From a virus: 64,000 bases of DNA. The stretch lies in the IMG/VR virus record IMGVR_UViG_3300043571_000313, positions 1-64,000 of that record; one strand, 5' to 3'. Both the position numbers and the translations under genes were made by a program. The notes beneath the pieces were generated by a model. The model did not search any database, was not told the origin of the DNA, and was given only the letters and a program-made list of their open reading frames with translations. Shown one piece after another: positions 44,730-54,555 of this stretch. Position 1 is the first letter of the stretch, and every line of letters starts with the position of its first letter.

Positions 44730-45241
44730 GCACGCAACCAAGCGAGCACGCGCAGCGGGCATCGAAAGCATTAGACGGTGGCGACATCGAGGCGCACATC
44801 ATCGACCATCACGCGATCGCTCCCGCCGTGGCCGAGCGGGACCGGCGAATTGCCGAGTTAGAGGCGCGTATCGCCAAGCAAAACGCGATCATTGACCGGC
44901 TGAACCACTGCGGATCCGACACCGAGCGGATCGAGTGGCTGGAGCGTATGTGCTTTGACCTCACCGAATCAAAAGGGCGATGGTGCGTCTCGGACTTTAT
45001 CGTCGAGAGGGCGCACTACGGCAAGACCGTGCGAGAGGCGGTCGACGCGGTGGGCCGGGTCACGGATTGCCCGGGTCAAATAATCACGGCGCACTGGATG
45101 CAGACCGCGCGCTCCACTGCGATGTACAGCGAGGCCTACCTCGCCGCCTTGAACGAAATCATGGCCGGAAAAGCCAATTTTTACACTTTGTCTCATGGGA
45201 AAATATCCCGTGAGACTGCCGGGCTCCGGGGAGCCCCATGA
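44726..45241 (+). CDS. hypothetical protein
   Basis: DTERIEWLE...REAVDA common phage motif. Confidence 0.6.
   Translation: MSTQPSEHAQRASKALDGGDIEAHIIDHHAIAPAVAERDRRIAELEARIAKQNAIIDRLNHCGSDTERIEWLERMCFDLTESKGRWCVSDFIVERAHYGKTVREAVDAVGRVTDCPGQIITAHWMQTARSTAMYSEAYLAALNEIMAGKANFYTLSHGKISRETAGLRGAP
45178..45216. repeat. outlying copy of the iteron pair
   Basis: TTTTACACTTTGTCTCATGGGA-AAATA-TCCCGTGAGAC, a direct-repeat match to 43740-43773. Confidence 0.8.
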
Positions 45242-45612
45242 GATCGACCCCACGTCATTTACGTGAGTGGCTGGCGGTCCTGCACTATAACGGGGACCAG
45301 GTGACGTGGCGCACATGGTGGAAGATGCTGCGCGGGGCAGTGTCCATGGTCGCCCGGCCGCTGCCCCGGGCCGTCTGGCGTAACCGGGCGCGGACGTGCG
45401 CGCGGTGCCCCCTCTTCGACCGCGAGTTGCGGCGCTGCGCCGGGCCGTGGGTGCAGGGCAAGCCTACCGGGTGCGGGTGCTACCTCGTTTGGATGATCCG
45501 CGTGCCGGCGCCTTACCCTGCGGGGTGCTGGGCGAAGCAGTTCTTGGCGCCTGAGACGGGGCTGGGCTGGCCGGCTTACCCATCGGCAACGCCGAGGAGT
45601 CCAGGATCTTGA
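45238..45612 (+). CDS. Cys-rich putative Zn-binding protein
   Basis: RARTCARCP...C...GCGC...C pattern; ATGA-coupled. Confidence 0.55.
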   Translation: MRSTPRHLREWLAVLHYNGDQVTWRTWWKMLRGAVSMVARPLPRAVWRNRARTCARCPLFDRELRRCAGPWVQGKPTGCGCYLVWMIRVPAPYPAGCWAKQFLAPETGLGWPAYPSATPRSPGS

Positions 45613-45802
45613 ATGCGATCCACTTCTCCCCCTCGATGGTCTCATAACTGGAGAACCGGGTCTTCACTCGATGCAGGGTGTCCCTCTGCATGATCGTCCA
45701 GTCGTAGTGCAGCGCTGGATCAAGCGGAGGGCTATTCTCGTCCATCAAGTTGGAGTACGGCACGAACAGGTACTCGCCGCGAACGAAGGTATTGGTGCTC
45801 AC
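45464..45802 (-). CDS. hypothetical protein
   Basis: GTG start; last gene of the minus operon; overlaps the convergent gene. Confidence 0.5.
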   Translation of the reverse strand: MSTNTFVRGEYLFVPYSNLMDENSPPLDPALHYDWTIMQRDTLHRVKTRFSSYETIEGEKWIAFKILDSSALPMGKPASPAPSQAPRTASPSTPQGKAPARGSSKRGSTRTR

Positions 45803-45833
45803 GGCTTATCCTCCGGGTGCATCTCTTCGATTT

Positions 45834-46025
45834 TCAGGGTTCATGATGGGTTTGGTTGTTCCGAGCCGCCAGCACCGCCAGCAGGTTCAGCCGGATCGTC
45901 TTGAGCGCGGCCCGCTGGATCTTCTCACGGATGGCGTTCGGCACGCCGCGCGCCGCCTTGAGCCGTGCGGCCGCAATGTCAGGGGTGATGGTCGGGAAGA
46001 GCTCCCGGGCTTCGCGTGCGTTCAC
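45834..46025 (-). CDS. small hypothetical protein
   Basis: Coupled ORF. Confidence 0.5.
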   Translation of the reverse strand: MNAREARELFPTITPDIAAARLKAARGVPNAIREKIQRAALKTIRLNLLAVLAARNNQTHHEP

Positions 46026-46222
46026 GTCGCCACCTCCTTCCGCCGAATCTCGAGTCCGGCCAGATGCTCCATGACCTTGAGGTGATGCAGCTCCGGCTCG
46101 AAGCCGACCTTGGCCGCAATCAACCCGTATTTGTAGGTGACTTTCGCCAGCCGTTCGTGGGCCTGCGCGAGACTTTCACGGAGGGTGGCGTTCTCGGCCT
46201 GCAGTTTTTGGAGTGAGTCCAT
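46022..46222 (-). CDS. small coiled-coil protein
   Basis: ATG 46222 (MDSLQKLQAEN...). Confidence 0.55.
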   Translation of the reverse strand: MDSLQKLQAENATLRESLAQAHERLAKVTYKYGLIAAKVGFEPELHHLKVMEHLAGLEIRRKEVAT

Positions 46223-46226
46223 GGCG

Positions 46227-46469
46227 TCAGAGGTGGCGGGTGAAGTAGAGTTCCATGAGGCGCTGCATGACCCGAATCCCGAGCGACTGCGGCAGGGTGG
46301 CGTGCAGCTTTTCAGCGAGCGCGTCACCCTCGTATTTGATGGTGTGGCTCATCGCCGTCAGGTTGACCTGCCCGCTGGGTGCCGCCCGGTTCAACTCCGA
46401 CAGCGGCTCCTCGATGCGGATGACGACCGGCTCGCTGTTGTCAGCGCGGTGGATGGAGAGGGTTGTCAC
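46227..46469 (-). CDS. small hypothetical protein
   Basis: Coupled ORF. Confidence 0.5.
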   Translation of the reverse strand: MTTLSIHRADNSEPVVIRIEEPLSELNRAAPSGQVNLTAMSHTIKYEGDALAEKLHATLPQSLGIRVMQRLMELYFTRHL

Positions 46470-47095
46470 GACGCGCCATCCTTCTTCCCGTCATTGCCCT
46501 CGAGCACCGCGCGCTCCTTCACGAGATCGCGGTTGAGCGCGGCGTCGCTGGTGAATTTCTCCGGGTAGCGCGCCTGGAGCTTTTGGATATTGACCGTGGC
46601 GCACGCCTCCAGCGTCGAGTCGGCGGCATGTGCGAGCTCCGAGAGCACGCACACGATGTCGCGCACCCTCAGCTGATAGTTTTCCTCCATCGAGCCCAGT
46701 CGCATCGTTTCCAGCCCGATCAGGCTGGCCGACTCCTTCATGAGTTCGAACGCGAGCGACTTGAGATCCGCATGCCGGTTGAAGGGCGCCCACGCAGTCG
46801 AGAACTCCTCCATGTCATTCGTGCCGACAAGGCCTGCCAGCCGCCAGCCGAACGCCCGACAGATCAGCGGCACGTACCACAGCGCATCGCCGATCTCCTC
46901 GCGGAAATTCACGAGGTCGACCGGCTTGCCGTAGGCGTGCTGCTTCTTCATCACGTCGACCAGCTCGGCCGCTTCGGTGCAGAGGCCCATGATCGCATGG
47001 ATCATGTCATGCTCACGAGCCTGCAGCGAATGCACGGCGGCGTGGACGGGGGCCGTGCGGAGCGCGGCTTGTTCGTATTCAGAGAACGTATTCAT
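46466..47095 (-). CDS. MazG-like nucleotide pyrophosphohydrolase
   Basis: ATG 47095: YEQAALRT...HAIMGLCTEAAELVD..KK...EEIGDALWY...NIQKLQARYPEKF. Confidence 0.85.
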   Translation of the reverse strand: MNTFSEYEQAALRTAPVHAAVHSLQAREHDMIHAIMGLCTEAAELVDVMKKQHAYGKPVDLVNFREEIGDALWYVPLICRAFGWRLAGLVGTNDMEEFSTAWAPFNRHADLKSLAFELMKESASLIGLETMRLGSMEENYQLRVRDIVCVLSELAHAADSTLEACATVNIQKLQARYPEKFTSDAALNRDLVKERAVLEGNDGKKDGAS

Positions 47096-47097
47096 TG

Positions 47098-47334
47098 TCA
47101 GATTACACTGGCGGATTCCTTGCGGGTGCGCTTCAGGGAAGCGCGGGTTGATGTGGGCTCCTGGAGTTCCAGGAGAATGTGCAACGCGGCCTTGGCGGCT
47201 GCGATCTGGCGAATGGCGGCGACTTCCTTCAGCTTCCCGGCCGCCACCCATTTGGGATACGCGCGCTCACGCATCGCGATCTCCCGCTTGAGGTCCATGA
47301 CCACGTCCTCGAAGGTGACCTCGACTTCGATCAT
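47098..47334 (-). CDS. hypothetical protein
   Basis: REIAMRERAYPKWVAAGK common phage motif. Confidence 0.6.
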   Translation of the reverse strand: MIEVEVTFEDVVMDLKREIAMRERAYPKWVAAGKLKEVAAIRQIAAAKAALHILLELQEPTSTRASLKRTRKESASVI

Positions 47335-47549
47335 GGCTCAGTCGGTTGTGGTTGCGGTGCCTTCACCGGCGAGGTCAGGTCGATCGGCTGTGGCGCGAAT
47401 AGTTTCTGCCGGTGCTTCCGGCTTCGGCGGTTGCGCTCCCGACCGAAGAACATCGGCCGGCCGATCACATTCTTTTTGATGGCGACATTCGCGCGGTGAT
47501 CTGCCCTTTCGGCGGCGGACCCGAGTTTGACCTTTTGTTGTTTGCTCAT
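47331..47549 (-). CDS. small basic protein
   Basis: Coupled ORF. Confidence 0.45.
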   Translation of the reverse strand: MSKQQKVKLGSAAERADHRANVAIKKNVIGRPMFFGRERNRRSRKHRQKLFAPQPIDLTSPVKAPQPQPTEP

Positions 47550-47723
47550 GGATGGGTGAATTATTGAGTGTGTCGGTGAGTGCCATCGGCACCCAGGCGA
47601 AGTAGTCCCATCCGGCCGGCGCCGCCATGCGCAGCTTCGAGAGCTCGAGCTCGATGTGGGACCACTCGACCGACGCTATATAGATGCCGTACTCAAATGG
47701 TGTCACTGCGTGGATTCTGAATT

Positions 47724-49367
47724 TCATGCCGTCTCCCTTAGTTTGGTTTTGGCAAGCTCGTCACCGAGCGCCGTGCGCCGCCACCGCTTGTCCTCAAGTT
47801 GTTCGACGATCCCGTCATCAATCATGCGCTTCTGCCAGCGGGCCATGGTCGGCTTGCTGACGCCGCAGCCCTCGGCGGCCGCGCGCCAGATCATTGCACA
47901 AGGTTCACCCTCGGTCGCCTGCTCCGGGTAATAGACGATCAGCACGTCCGCAGTGTAGGCCTCGCCGTAACTGCCGGTGTTCTTCTTCGCCTTGTTTCCC
48001 TCCCGCACCGGCTCTTCGGCATCCGGCTTGCGGCCCTCCCAGAAGATGACCGGGAAATTGCTCTTCCGGCCTTCGATGCGAATGACCTCATTCGAGTGCT
48101 GGGCTGGAATCTTCGTGGTGATTTCCCAGCGCACGACGCCATCACCATTGCCCGGGACCTCGATCGCGACGCCGGCCCGCTTGCCGCGCTTCGCCAGCAC
48201 GATATTGAACCGGCCCTCGTCCTCGCTCGGCTTGATTGTGACAACCGCGCGCGCCCAGTTCACCAGCTCGGCGCTCCCAGCCGCGTCGTACATGAACTCG
48301 CTCCACTTCTTGTCGGGGACGTTCTTCCCAGTGACCGGCTTTGGCGTGTGATGCACGACCATGAAAGCGAACTTCTCCTCGCGGTTCACGACGTTCAGCC
48401 CCTTGCGCAGGAACCGCCCAATCTCGGCCGCGTCCGCGATGTCGCAGCCGGCGTAGGAGTGAAGTGGGTTCAGCCACACGAGATCCGGCGCTACCTGCTG
48501 CCCGACCATGCGAAGCCACGCGATGAACTCCTCGCCTGACTTCTCCCGCTGGCGCAGGAATACGACGTTCTTATTGACCTGCTCAATATCGGCTGCGGTC
48601 AGCTTCATCTTGTAGTAGATCGAGTACAGCACCTCCGCAATGTCGCCGTCGGAATCCTCAGCCTGAATGATCAGCGACTTGATCGGCTTGCGGGTATGGA
48701 TGCCGAGGAACGACCGGCCGAGCGCGGCGCATACGGCCCACTGGACACTGAATGAACTCTTGCCCATACCCGACGATGATACGACCAACGCGCTGTCGCC
48801 CCGCCCGATGTAGCGACCGCGTCCGAGCAGCATGGATTCATCGTCGTCTGGCAGCAGCTCGAATTCACCTGCCCCCTTGGGCTTCGTATTGTTCACGCCG
48901 CCGTTCTGCAGCTGCTCCACCCGACTGCGGATCGAGCCAAGGAACTCGTCCATCTGACCGCTGTAGTCGTAGCAGTCCTCCACCGCGCGCGTGAGCGTCT
49001 TGATGGTGTCGCGCAACTTCGCCATCTCGCCGACCTTGTCGATGAAGTAGCGGGCTTGGGCGGTGGTCGGGATGCGGTCGCTGACCTGGGTGAGGTACGC
49101 ATAGCCTCCGACCTGATCCAGCTTCTTCGCCGCCTTCAGCTCTTCTGCCACTACCGACACATCGACCGGCGCTTGCCGGTGGAACAGGTCGAGGATGCAC
49201 CCGAAGATCTCGCCGTTCTTCGGCTCATAGAACGAGTGCGGCGTGATGCGCTGGTCGATACACCGCGAAATTGTCTCAGCGCCGTCGAGCAGGCATGTGG
49301 AGAGAAGGTGCTCCTCGGCCTCGATGCTGTGCGGCAATGACCGCCCGATGTTGGAGGTCGTGGCCAT
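47724..49367 (-). CDS. replicative helicase-like protein: DnaB N-terminal domain, RepA/AAA_25 ATPase, C-terminal wHTH-like region
   Basis: LPHSIEAEEHLL...FY...IF...VGGYAYL (DnaB-N); SSGMGKS, QAED, VVHHTPK, AAGS (RepA-type). Confidence 0.8.
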   Translation of the reverse strand: MATTSNIGRSLPHSIEAEEHLLSTCLLDGAETISRCIDQRITPHSFYEPKNGEIFGCILDLFHRQAPVDVSVVAEELKAAKKLDQVGGYAYLTQVSDRIPTTAQARYFIDKVGEMAKLRDTIKTLTRAVEDCYDYSGQMDEFLGSIRSRVEQLQNGGVNNTKPKGAGEFELLPDDDESMLLGRGRYIGRGDSALVVSSSGMGKSSFSVQWAVCAALGRSFLGIHTRKPIKSLIIQAEDSDGDIAEVLYSIYYKMKLTAADIEQVNKNVVFLRQREKSGEEFIAWLRMVGQQVAPDLVWLNPLHSYAGCDIADAAEIGRFLRKGLNVVNREEKFAFMVVHHTPKPVTGKNVPDKKWSEFMYDAAGSAELVNWARAVVTIKPSEDEGRFNIVLAKRGKRAGVAIEVPGNGDGVVRWEITTKIPAQHSNEVIRIEGRKSNFPVIFWEGRKPDAEEPVREGNKAKKNTGSYGEAYTADVLIVYYPEQATEGEPCAMIWRAAAEGCGVSKPTMARWQKRMIDDGIVEQLEDKRWRRTALGDELAKTKLRETA

Positions 49368-51163
49368 TAGTTATTCCCTCCGAAGATGGTGCTCAAGTCC
49401 TCGATCTGCTCGTCAGCCGACGGCAGCGGTGCCGGATCAAAGAGGCTCCGCGCGCGGGTGCCTGCGCCCGCCATCTCGTCCACGTCCATGCTCAACTGAG
49501 AGGCGATCTCCTGCAGCTCGGACTGGACCTGCTCTGCCTCTCGCTTCTTTTCCTTCCGGCGCTGCTCCCATTCGGTGAACTTCTCGCGCTGCCGGCGCGT
49601 CGCCTCTTCCTTGGTGAAGCCTATCGCATCCACGCCGATCTTGCGGAAGAAATTCAACTGCCTGATCGTGCACAGCCCCTTGCGGTGCCGGTCCATGATG
49701 CGATTGATGATCGCGTGGGCGTGGCCCCAGCAGGTAACAGCTTTCACGTTGACGCCGTTTGATTCCAAAATGTGCGCCTGCTTGGGGCTCACCGGCGCGC
49801 TGTCGTGGGCCGTCTCGGGCTCGTAGTCCGCGAGATCGACGTCGCCCAAGCTCGTCGCAATCGCGAGCGGGTCGATCACCTGGGACTTTTTGCGAGCGTT
49901 CTTCCTCACCTCGTCCTCAAGTTTCTTGAGGAGGTCGCGTTCGGCCTGCGCCTCGGCCTCGATGAGGTCGCCCTCCTTGCCGTCCATGAGTTCCTTGATC
50001 CGGTCGTCCTTCGTGACCAGCGAAGCGGGCGTGCACAGGTCGTGCTTCTCGTAGAGCCAGAGAAAATCCAGCACCTTTACGTGCGGTTTCGATGAGGCGC
50101 GGATCAGTTCGACTCGCTCGAGCGCATTGGCCGCAGCATTGAGCTGCTGGACGATTTCTCCGATGGGGCGAGTGCCCCGGCCGATGATTTGGCAGTAGAG
50201 GGAGCGAATTTTTGTCGGCCGCAGGCAGACGACGTTGCGGATCGTGTCGTCATCGTAGCCCTCGGTCAGCACGGCCATGTTGGTGAGCGCCTGAAACTCG
50301 CCGCGCTTGTGCCGCGCGACCCGCTCCGTCCGATCAGGGCAAAGTTTCTTGTCGCCGCAGACCCAGTCCGCCGAAACGCCGCACTTCGTCAGCGCCGCCG
50401 CCATGATTTGAGCCGTCTCGACCGACGGCAGGAAGATCAACACCTTCTCTTTCGCGACTTCGGCGCGAATCGCCTCGGCAATCGCGTCCATGAACGGGAC
50501 CAATCGCTCTCCGACCTGTCCCCGGTCGAGATCGGCTCCGTCGGCGGTCTGTTTTGTCTTCACGCCGCTCAAGTCGATCTTGATTGGCATGGTCTTGACG
50601 ATCGGACGCACGAGCCAGCCGTCGCGAACTGCCTTGAGCAGCCCATAATCGTAGGCGACGCGCTGATAAAACTCGCCGAGAGCGCGTTTGTCGCCGCGAT
50701 CGGCGGTTGCGGTCACCCCGACGACCTTCGCGCCGCCGGCCACGAAGTGCTGCAGCACTTTTTGGTATCCGGCGGCGAGCGATCGGTGCGCTTCGTCCAC
50801 CACGACGACCGAAAAATGATTTTTCGGCCAGGACGATAGGCGGAAATCGCCCTGCAACGTCTGCACCGACCCAACGACTACCTTCTCGAAGCGCGATGCG
50901 TAGCTTCCGGCCTTCTCTTTGCCTGCTCTGAGCCCCGTCGTGCGCTGAAACTTGTCGATCGCCTGATCAATCAGCTCATCTGTGTGCGCCAGAATCAAAA
51001 CTCGCCCGCCCTTTTCCACTTCCTGCGCCGCGAGCAGCGAAAACACGACCGTCTTGCCACAACCCGTGGCCATGCACACGAGCTGATGCTTGATTCCATC
51101 GTCAAGCCACCCCTCGCGGAGGGATTCGATGGACTCAATCTGATATGGGCGGGCGGAAATCAT
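49367..51163 (-). CDS. superfamily 2 (DEAH) helicase
   Basis: RPYQ, MATGCGKT, DEAH, GVTATADR, LTEGYD, QIIGRGTR. Confidence 0.92.
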   Translation of the reverse strand: MISARPYQIESIESLREGWLDDGIKHQLVCMATGCGKTVVFSLLAAQEVEKGGRVLILAHTDELIDQAIDKFQRTTGLRAGKEKAGSYASRFEKVVVGSVQTLQGDFRLSSWPKNHFSVVVVDEAHRSLAAGYQKVLQHFVAGGAKVVGVTATADRGDKRALGEFYQRVAYDYGLLKAVRDGWLVRPIVKTMPIKIDLSGVKTKQTADGADLDRGQVGERLVPFMDAIAEAIRAEVAKEKVLIFLPSVETAQIMAAALTKCGVSADWVCGDKKLCPDRTERVARHKRGEFQALTNMAVLTEGYDDDTIRNVVCLRPTKIRSLYCQIIGRGTRPIGEIVQQLNAAANALERVELIRASSKPHVKVLDFLWLYEKHDLCTPASLVTKDDRIKELMDGKEGDLIEAEAQAERDLLKKLEDEVRKNARKKSQVIDPLAIATSLGDVDLADYEPETAHDSAPVSPKQAHILESNGVNVKAVTCWGHAHAIINRIMDRHRKGLCTIRQLNFFRKIGVDAIGFTKEEATRRQREKFTEWEQRRKEKKREAEQVQSELQEIASQLSMDVDEMAGAGTRARSLFDPAPLPSADEQIEDLSTIFGGNN

Positions 51164-51302
51164 TCAGAAAAGGGCAGAGAGGTCTTCAGGCTCGGTGCGG
51201 GTGCGTCCGCAGGAGCGGCAGGTTGGGGTGATAGGGGTTGCGCGGCCGAAGCGATGCCAGCAAATGCCGCAGACGAGGCCGCGATCTGGCTCGGGCCGAA
51301 AA

Positions 51303-51752
51303 TCAGGATATGGCTCGGACGGCGATTGCGATTCGAGGGTCGGTGCCCCTCCGCTTGTGGACGTTGAGATCGTCGATCTGGCTGTCGTCCTCCCAGAGCT
51401 TGAGCTCGGTGAGCGTGTCGAGGATGAGTTTGAGGCTGTTGTCGACGTCGGGGCGCTTGCCATGGTGAATCTCGAATCGAGGGTCGCTGAGTTTGTCGGC
51501 GTGCTTCGCGGCCTGCTCCTCCGTGAACGGGAAGACGAACTTGACTGAGACGTGCAGCGGGCCGATGAGCGGGGTGAAAAACTTGCGGTGGGCGACGTAC
51601 TCGGCCCCGGTCCAGAGCTGGATGCAGCGCTTCACGCGCCGCTTTTCCGCCTTAACCGCGACCTTCGTATAGAAGGAGCGCGACTTGAAGTTCACGCCCT
51701 TCTGTTGGGCCGTGATCGTTGCGGGCTCTCCGGGGATGAGCAGCGAGATCAT
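51303..51752 (-). CDS. rusA: RusA-family Holliday junction resolvase
   Basis: ATG 51752; KRPDVDN.LK.ILD.L....W.DDSQI. Confidence 0.88.
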   Translation of the reverse strand: MISLLIPGEPATITAQQKGVNFKSRSFYTKVAVKAEKRRVKRCIQLWTGAEYVAHRKFFTPLIGPLHVSVKFVFPFTEEQAAKHADKLSDPRFEIHHGKRPDVDNSLKLILDTLTELKLWEDDSQIDDLNVHKRRGTDPRIAIAVRAIS

Positions 51753-52948
51753 TTGAACAGCAGCTTCTTGACCTTCGGCCGCGTGATAAGGTGACCCATC
51801 GAGCGCTTGATCCAGCTTTGCGCGGTCTCGACCTCCTCCTTCGTGCTCTTCCGCTGCATCTCGCCTTCCTCGACGAGCACGTCCTCGGCGTCGCTCACCG
51901 ACATCGCGAGCGTCTTCCACGCAAGATCGTCCGCGTCGTCCTCGGTGCAGCCGGTGAGCTCCATGATTTTCTTGGAGATGAAGGCGTGCGCGACTTTTGG
52001 GTGGGTGACCTTGCGCCGGCCATCTTCCTCGACGACTCGGGCCAGCGTGCCGTCCGAAAGTACGACGTCGCCCTCGGTGGCGACGCGCGCCTTGAACTGC
52101 TCCAGGATTTTTTCGATCGGGCCGGCGATCGCGCGCCCGCGTTGGGCGAGGTCGCCGAGTTGCCGCAAAACGGGGGTTACATTAAGGGCCTTGAGGTCAA
52201 TTTCAGACAGGATCTTTTTCATTTCGATGAACTCGGCTTCGATTGCTGGGCAGAAAGTGATGCACGGGCACAGGCGGCACTGGCTGTATCCAGATTCCAA
52301 CGTCAGCCACGCATCGAGGGCTTCGTTGACCTTCTTTTCCAGGAAGCCGGCCATTACATCGAGGTCATCGACCTCGGCTTCCGTGGTCTGGTCCTCGGCC
52401 TCGCGCTGACGGATGCGGATTTTTCCGCGCTTGAGCGTCGGGTAGGCAAACTTCAGGAGCGTGGCGTAGCCGGCGAGCTGCCAGTTTTCCTCGGCGTGGT
52501 CGACCTCGCCGGGTCCGCTCTTATTGTCGTCGATGGCGAACTCCACCGCCTGCGCGTCCATGGAATACACGTCTATCTGGCCGGTGAGGATGAATCGCTC
52601 AAACTCGATCGTGAACCGCTTCTCCACAAAGATCGCGTGATCCTGCGGTATGTCGGCAGTCACGCTGGAGATGAACCACTCCACCGAGCGCAAGTCCCAC
52701 TCGGCCGGCTCCCAGCCGCGCCCGAGCGCCGGCTTCTCAAGTCCATCCGGCGCGACGGCGCCGAATTCCATTACGAGCCTGCGGGCGCACTGGTGGTGAA
52801 TCCAGTTGCCGCGCCACGTCATTTCATCGCCGCCAACCTCGAACTCCATGGTGGAGTCGTTGAGTTTGCGTTCGAGGGTGCGTGATCCTGGGCAGGAAAG
52901 GAGTCGGCCGAGACTGCTGCAGCGAATCGTTGGCTTTGGTGCTGTCAT
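51749..52948 (-). CDS. PD-(D/E)xK nuclease (DUF2800/Cas4-like exonuclease)
   Basis: SS..R...CPGS, G..IH, E...GQID...DDNKSG, QLAGY, C..CPC...CP. Confidence 0.8.
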   Translation of the reverse strand: MTAPKPTIRCSSLGRLLSCPGSRTLERKLNDSTMEFEVGGDEMTWRGNWIHHQCARRLVMEFGAVAPDGLEKPALGRGWEPAEWDLRSVEWFISSVTADIPQDHAIFVEKRFTIEFERFILTGQIDVYSMDAQAVEFAIDDNKSGPGEVDHAEENWQLAGYATLLKFAYPTLKRGKIRIRQREAEDQTTEAEVDDLDVMAGFLEKKVNEALDAWLTLESGYSQCRLCPCITFCPAIEAEFIEMKKILSEIDLKALNVTPVLRQLGDLAQRGRAIAGPIEKILEQFKARVATEGDVVLSDGTLARVVEEDGRRKVTHPKVAHAFISKKIMELTGCTEDDADDLAWKTLAMSVSDAEDVLVEEGEMQRKSTKEEVETAQSWIKRSMGHLITRPKVKKLLFK

Positions 52949-53205
52949 TCTTCGGGAGGGAGATAGAGGTTGAGGAGCCGGTCGCCTACGTCATCGAGAG
53001 TGGCGTACATCGCCTTGATCTTCTGTGCGGCTTCCGGGTGCATGGCGCTTTCGTGGGAGAGGTAGGCGATTGAATCCTGCAGGCGCTCGGCTCCGTGCTT
53101 GAGCCAAGTGCCCACGAGGATCGCCTCCTCAACTGTCAGCGGGACGGTTTTTCGGCTGGTCGTCGGCATTGTATCGCGGTTCCACGGTCCAGACCCGATC
53201 GTCAT
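52945..53205 (-). CDS. hypothetical protein
   Basis: Coupled to next gene; start uncertain. Confidence 0.5.
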   Translation of the reverse strand: MTIGSGPWNRDTMPTTSRKTVPLTVEEAILVGTWLKHGAERLQDSIAYLSHESAMHPEAAQKIKAMYATLDDVGDRLLNLYLPPEE

Positions 53206-53488
53206 CGGCGTTGGCTGCCAGCACCCGCTTCACGAACGGGTGATCGTTCACGACGCTGTCGCGAAGCGTTGCGATGAATAGCTCCGTCCGCTCGATCGCA
53301 TACTGCGCGCGGCGCGCGGCGTAGGTGGTCGGATACTTGTCGCACTCCCGGTCGATCATGAACTTCGTCGGTTCAGCGCCCGGGGTCGGGAGGAGCACGC
53401 CATCCGGCTTGGCGTGCTCGCTCTTCTCCATAACGCACGGCACGCCGCCGCGCAGTACGATATAGTAACTATAGCTGCGGCGTGACAT
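53129..53488 (-). CDS. hypothetical protein
   Basis: 119-aa ORF in operon. Confidence 0.55.
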   Translation of the reverse strand: MSRRSYSYYIVLRGGVPCVMEKSEHAKPDGVLLPTPGAEPTKFMIDRECDKYPTTYAARRAQYAIERTELFIATLRDSVVNDHPFVKRVLAANADDDRVWTVEPRYNADDQPKNRPADS

Positions 53489-53499
53489 GGTGCAGCGGG

Positions 53500-54546
53500 T
53501 TAGGAAGCCTGCGTGAACGACACGAGGATTTTGACTTTCGCACCGCTGGGTAGCGCGCGCTCCTCAATCACGGCGTCGATGATCGCGCCGTTCGCCGGCA
53601 CTTGCTCCATTGCTCCGTCAAACAGGGCGTCGCCCATCAGTTCGCCGGTGAGTGTGACGGTGCACACGGGTCCGACCACCCCACCCGCCTTGCGCGCCTG
53701 CTTCTCGGTGACATTGGTGATCTCGCAGCGCAGGGTCTTTGCGGCCGGGATCGCAGTCTCGGTCGGTGGGACTTCGGCGGCTGGAGCCGGCGCCGCAGGA
53801 GCGGGATCGGCGGGCTTCGCCGGCTCCACGGTCTTCGCCGGTTCAGTGGCATCGACGGTCTTCTCGGCTTCCCTGCGCGCGCCGGACACGCCCTTGCTGC
53901 GGCGCTGGACGACCGGCTGCTGTTCCGGCTCGACGGCCGGCGGCGTGGGCGCGCCTTCGGGCGCGGCCTGAATCTCGATCACTTCGTCCGAGGTCTGGAA
54001 GCCCATCAGCAACTCGGGCGCGTACATGCGCGTCCACCACGTCGCCGCACGATACTGGAGCATGAGCTCGGGCATCGTCTTCCACTTCGATCCCTTCTTG
54101 TCGATCCAGCCTTCGAGGCGGGCGATCTCCATGGTGACGGTCGTGCCCTTGCAAAGGAAGCCGTCCACCCGGGCCGTCGCCTGCGCGAAGAAGCCCCATG
54201 TCTCCTTCCCCTTCTCGCCGACCTCGACGAACCGCAGCGGCGTGAACCGGCCGCACGCATTGATCGAGGCGATGTTAAACGTCGAGCGAAACGCGGGGCG
54301 ACCGTAGATGATGTCAAGATTCTGCATCACCATGAGCGGCGAGGCGCCCATGCGGTTCGACATTTCCAGCGCGATGATGACGTTCGCGTCGTGGTTCTTG
54401 AACACGTCCGGCACCAGATTCGAGCTCGCGAACATTTTCGCGACACGCTGAATATGGGCGAACTTCGTGGCATCCTCGTAACCGAGGGAAAGCTGGCTCG
54501 ACTGGGAGCCTGCGGAGGGGACGATCTGGGTAGTTGTATCACTCAT
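53500..54546 (-). CDS. RecT-like single-strand annealing protein
   Basis: SNLVP..F...IIALEM..RMG.SPL.VMQN..IIYGRP, EGW..K.GSKWKTMPELML.YRA; lies near the exonuclease gene. Confidence 0.75.
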   Translation of the reverse strand: MSDTTTQIVPSAGSQSSQLSLGYEDATKFAHIQRVAKMFASSNLVPDVFKNHDANVIIALEMSNRMGASPLMVMQNLDIIYGRPAFRSTFNIASINACGRFTPLRFVEVGEKGKETWGFFAQATARVDGFLCKGTTVTMEIARLEGWIDKKGSKWKTMPELMLQYRAATWWTRMYAPELLMGFQTSDEVIEIQAAPEGAPTPPAVEPEQQPVVQRRSKGVSGARREAEKTVDATEPAKTVEPAKPADPAPAAPAPAAEVPPTETAIPAAKTLRCEITNVTEKQARKAGGVVGPVCTVTLTGELMGDALFDGAMEQVPANGAIIDAVIEERALPSGAKVKILVSFTQAS

Positions 54547-54555
54547 GGCGGAAGA

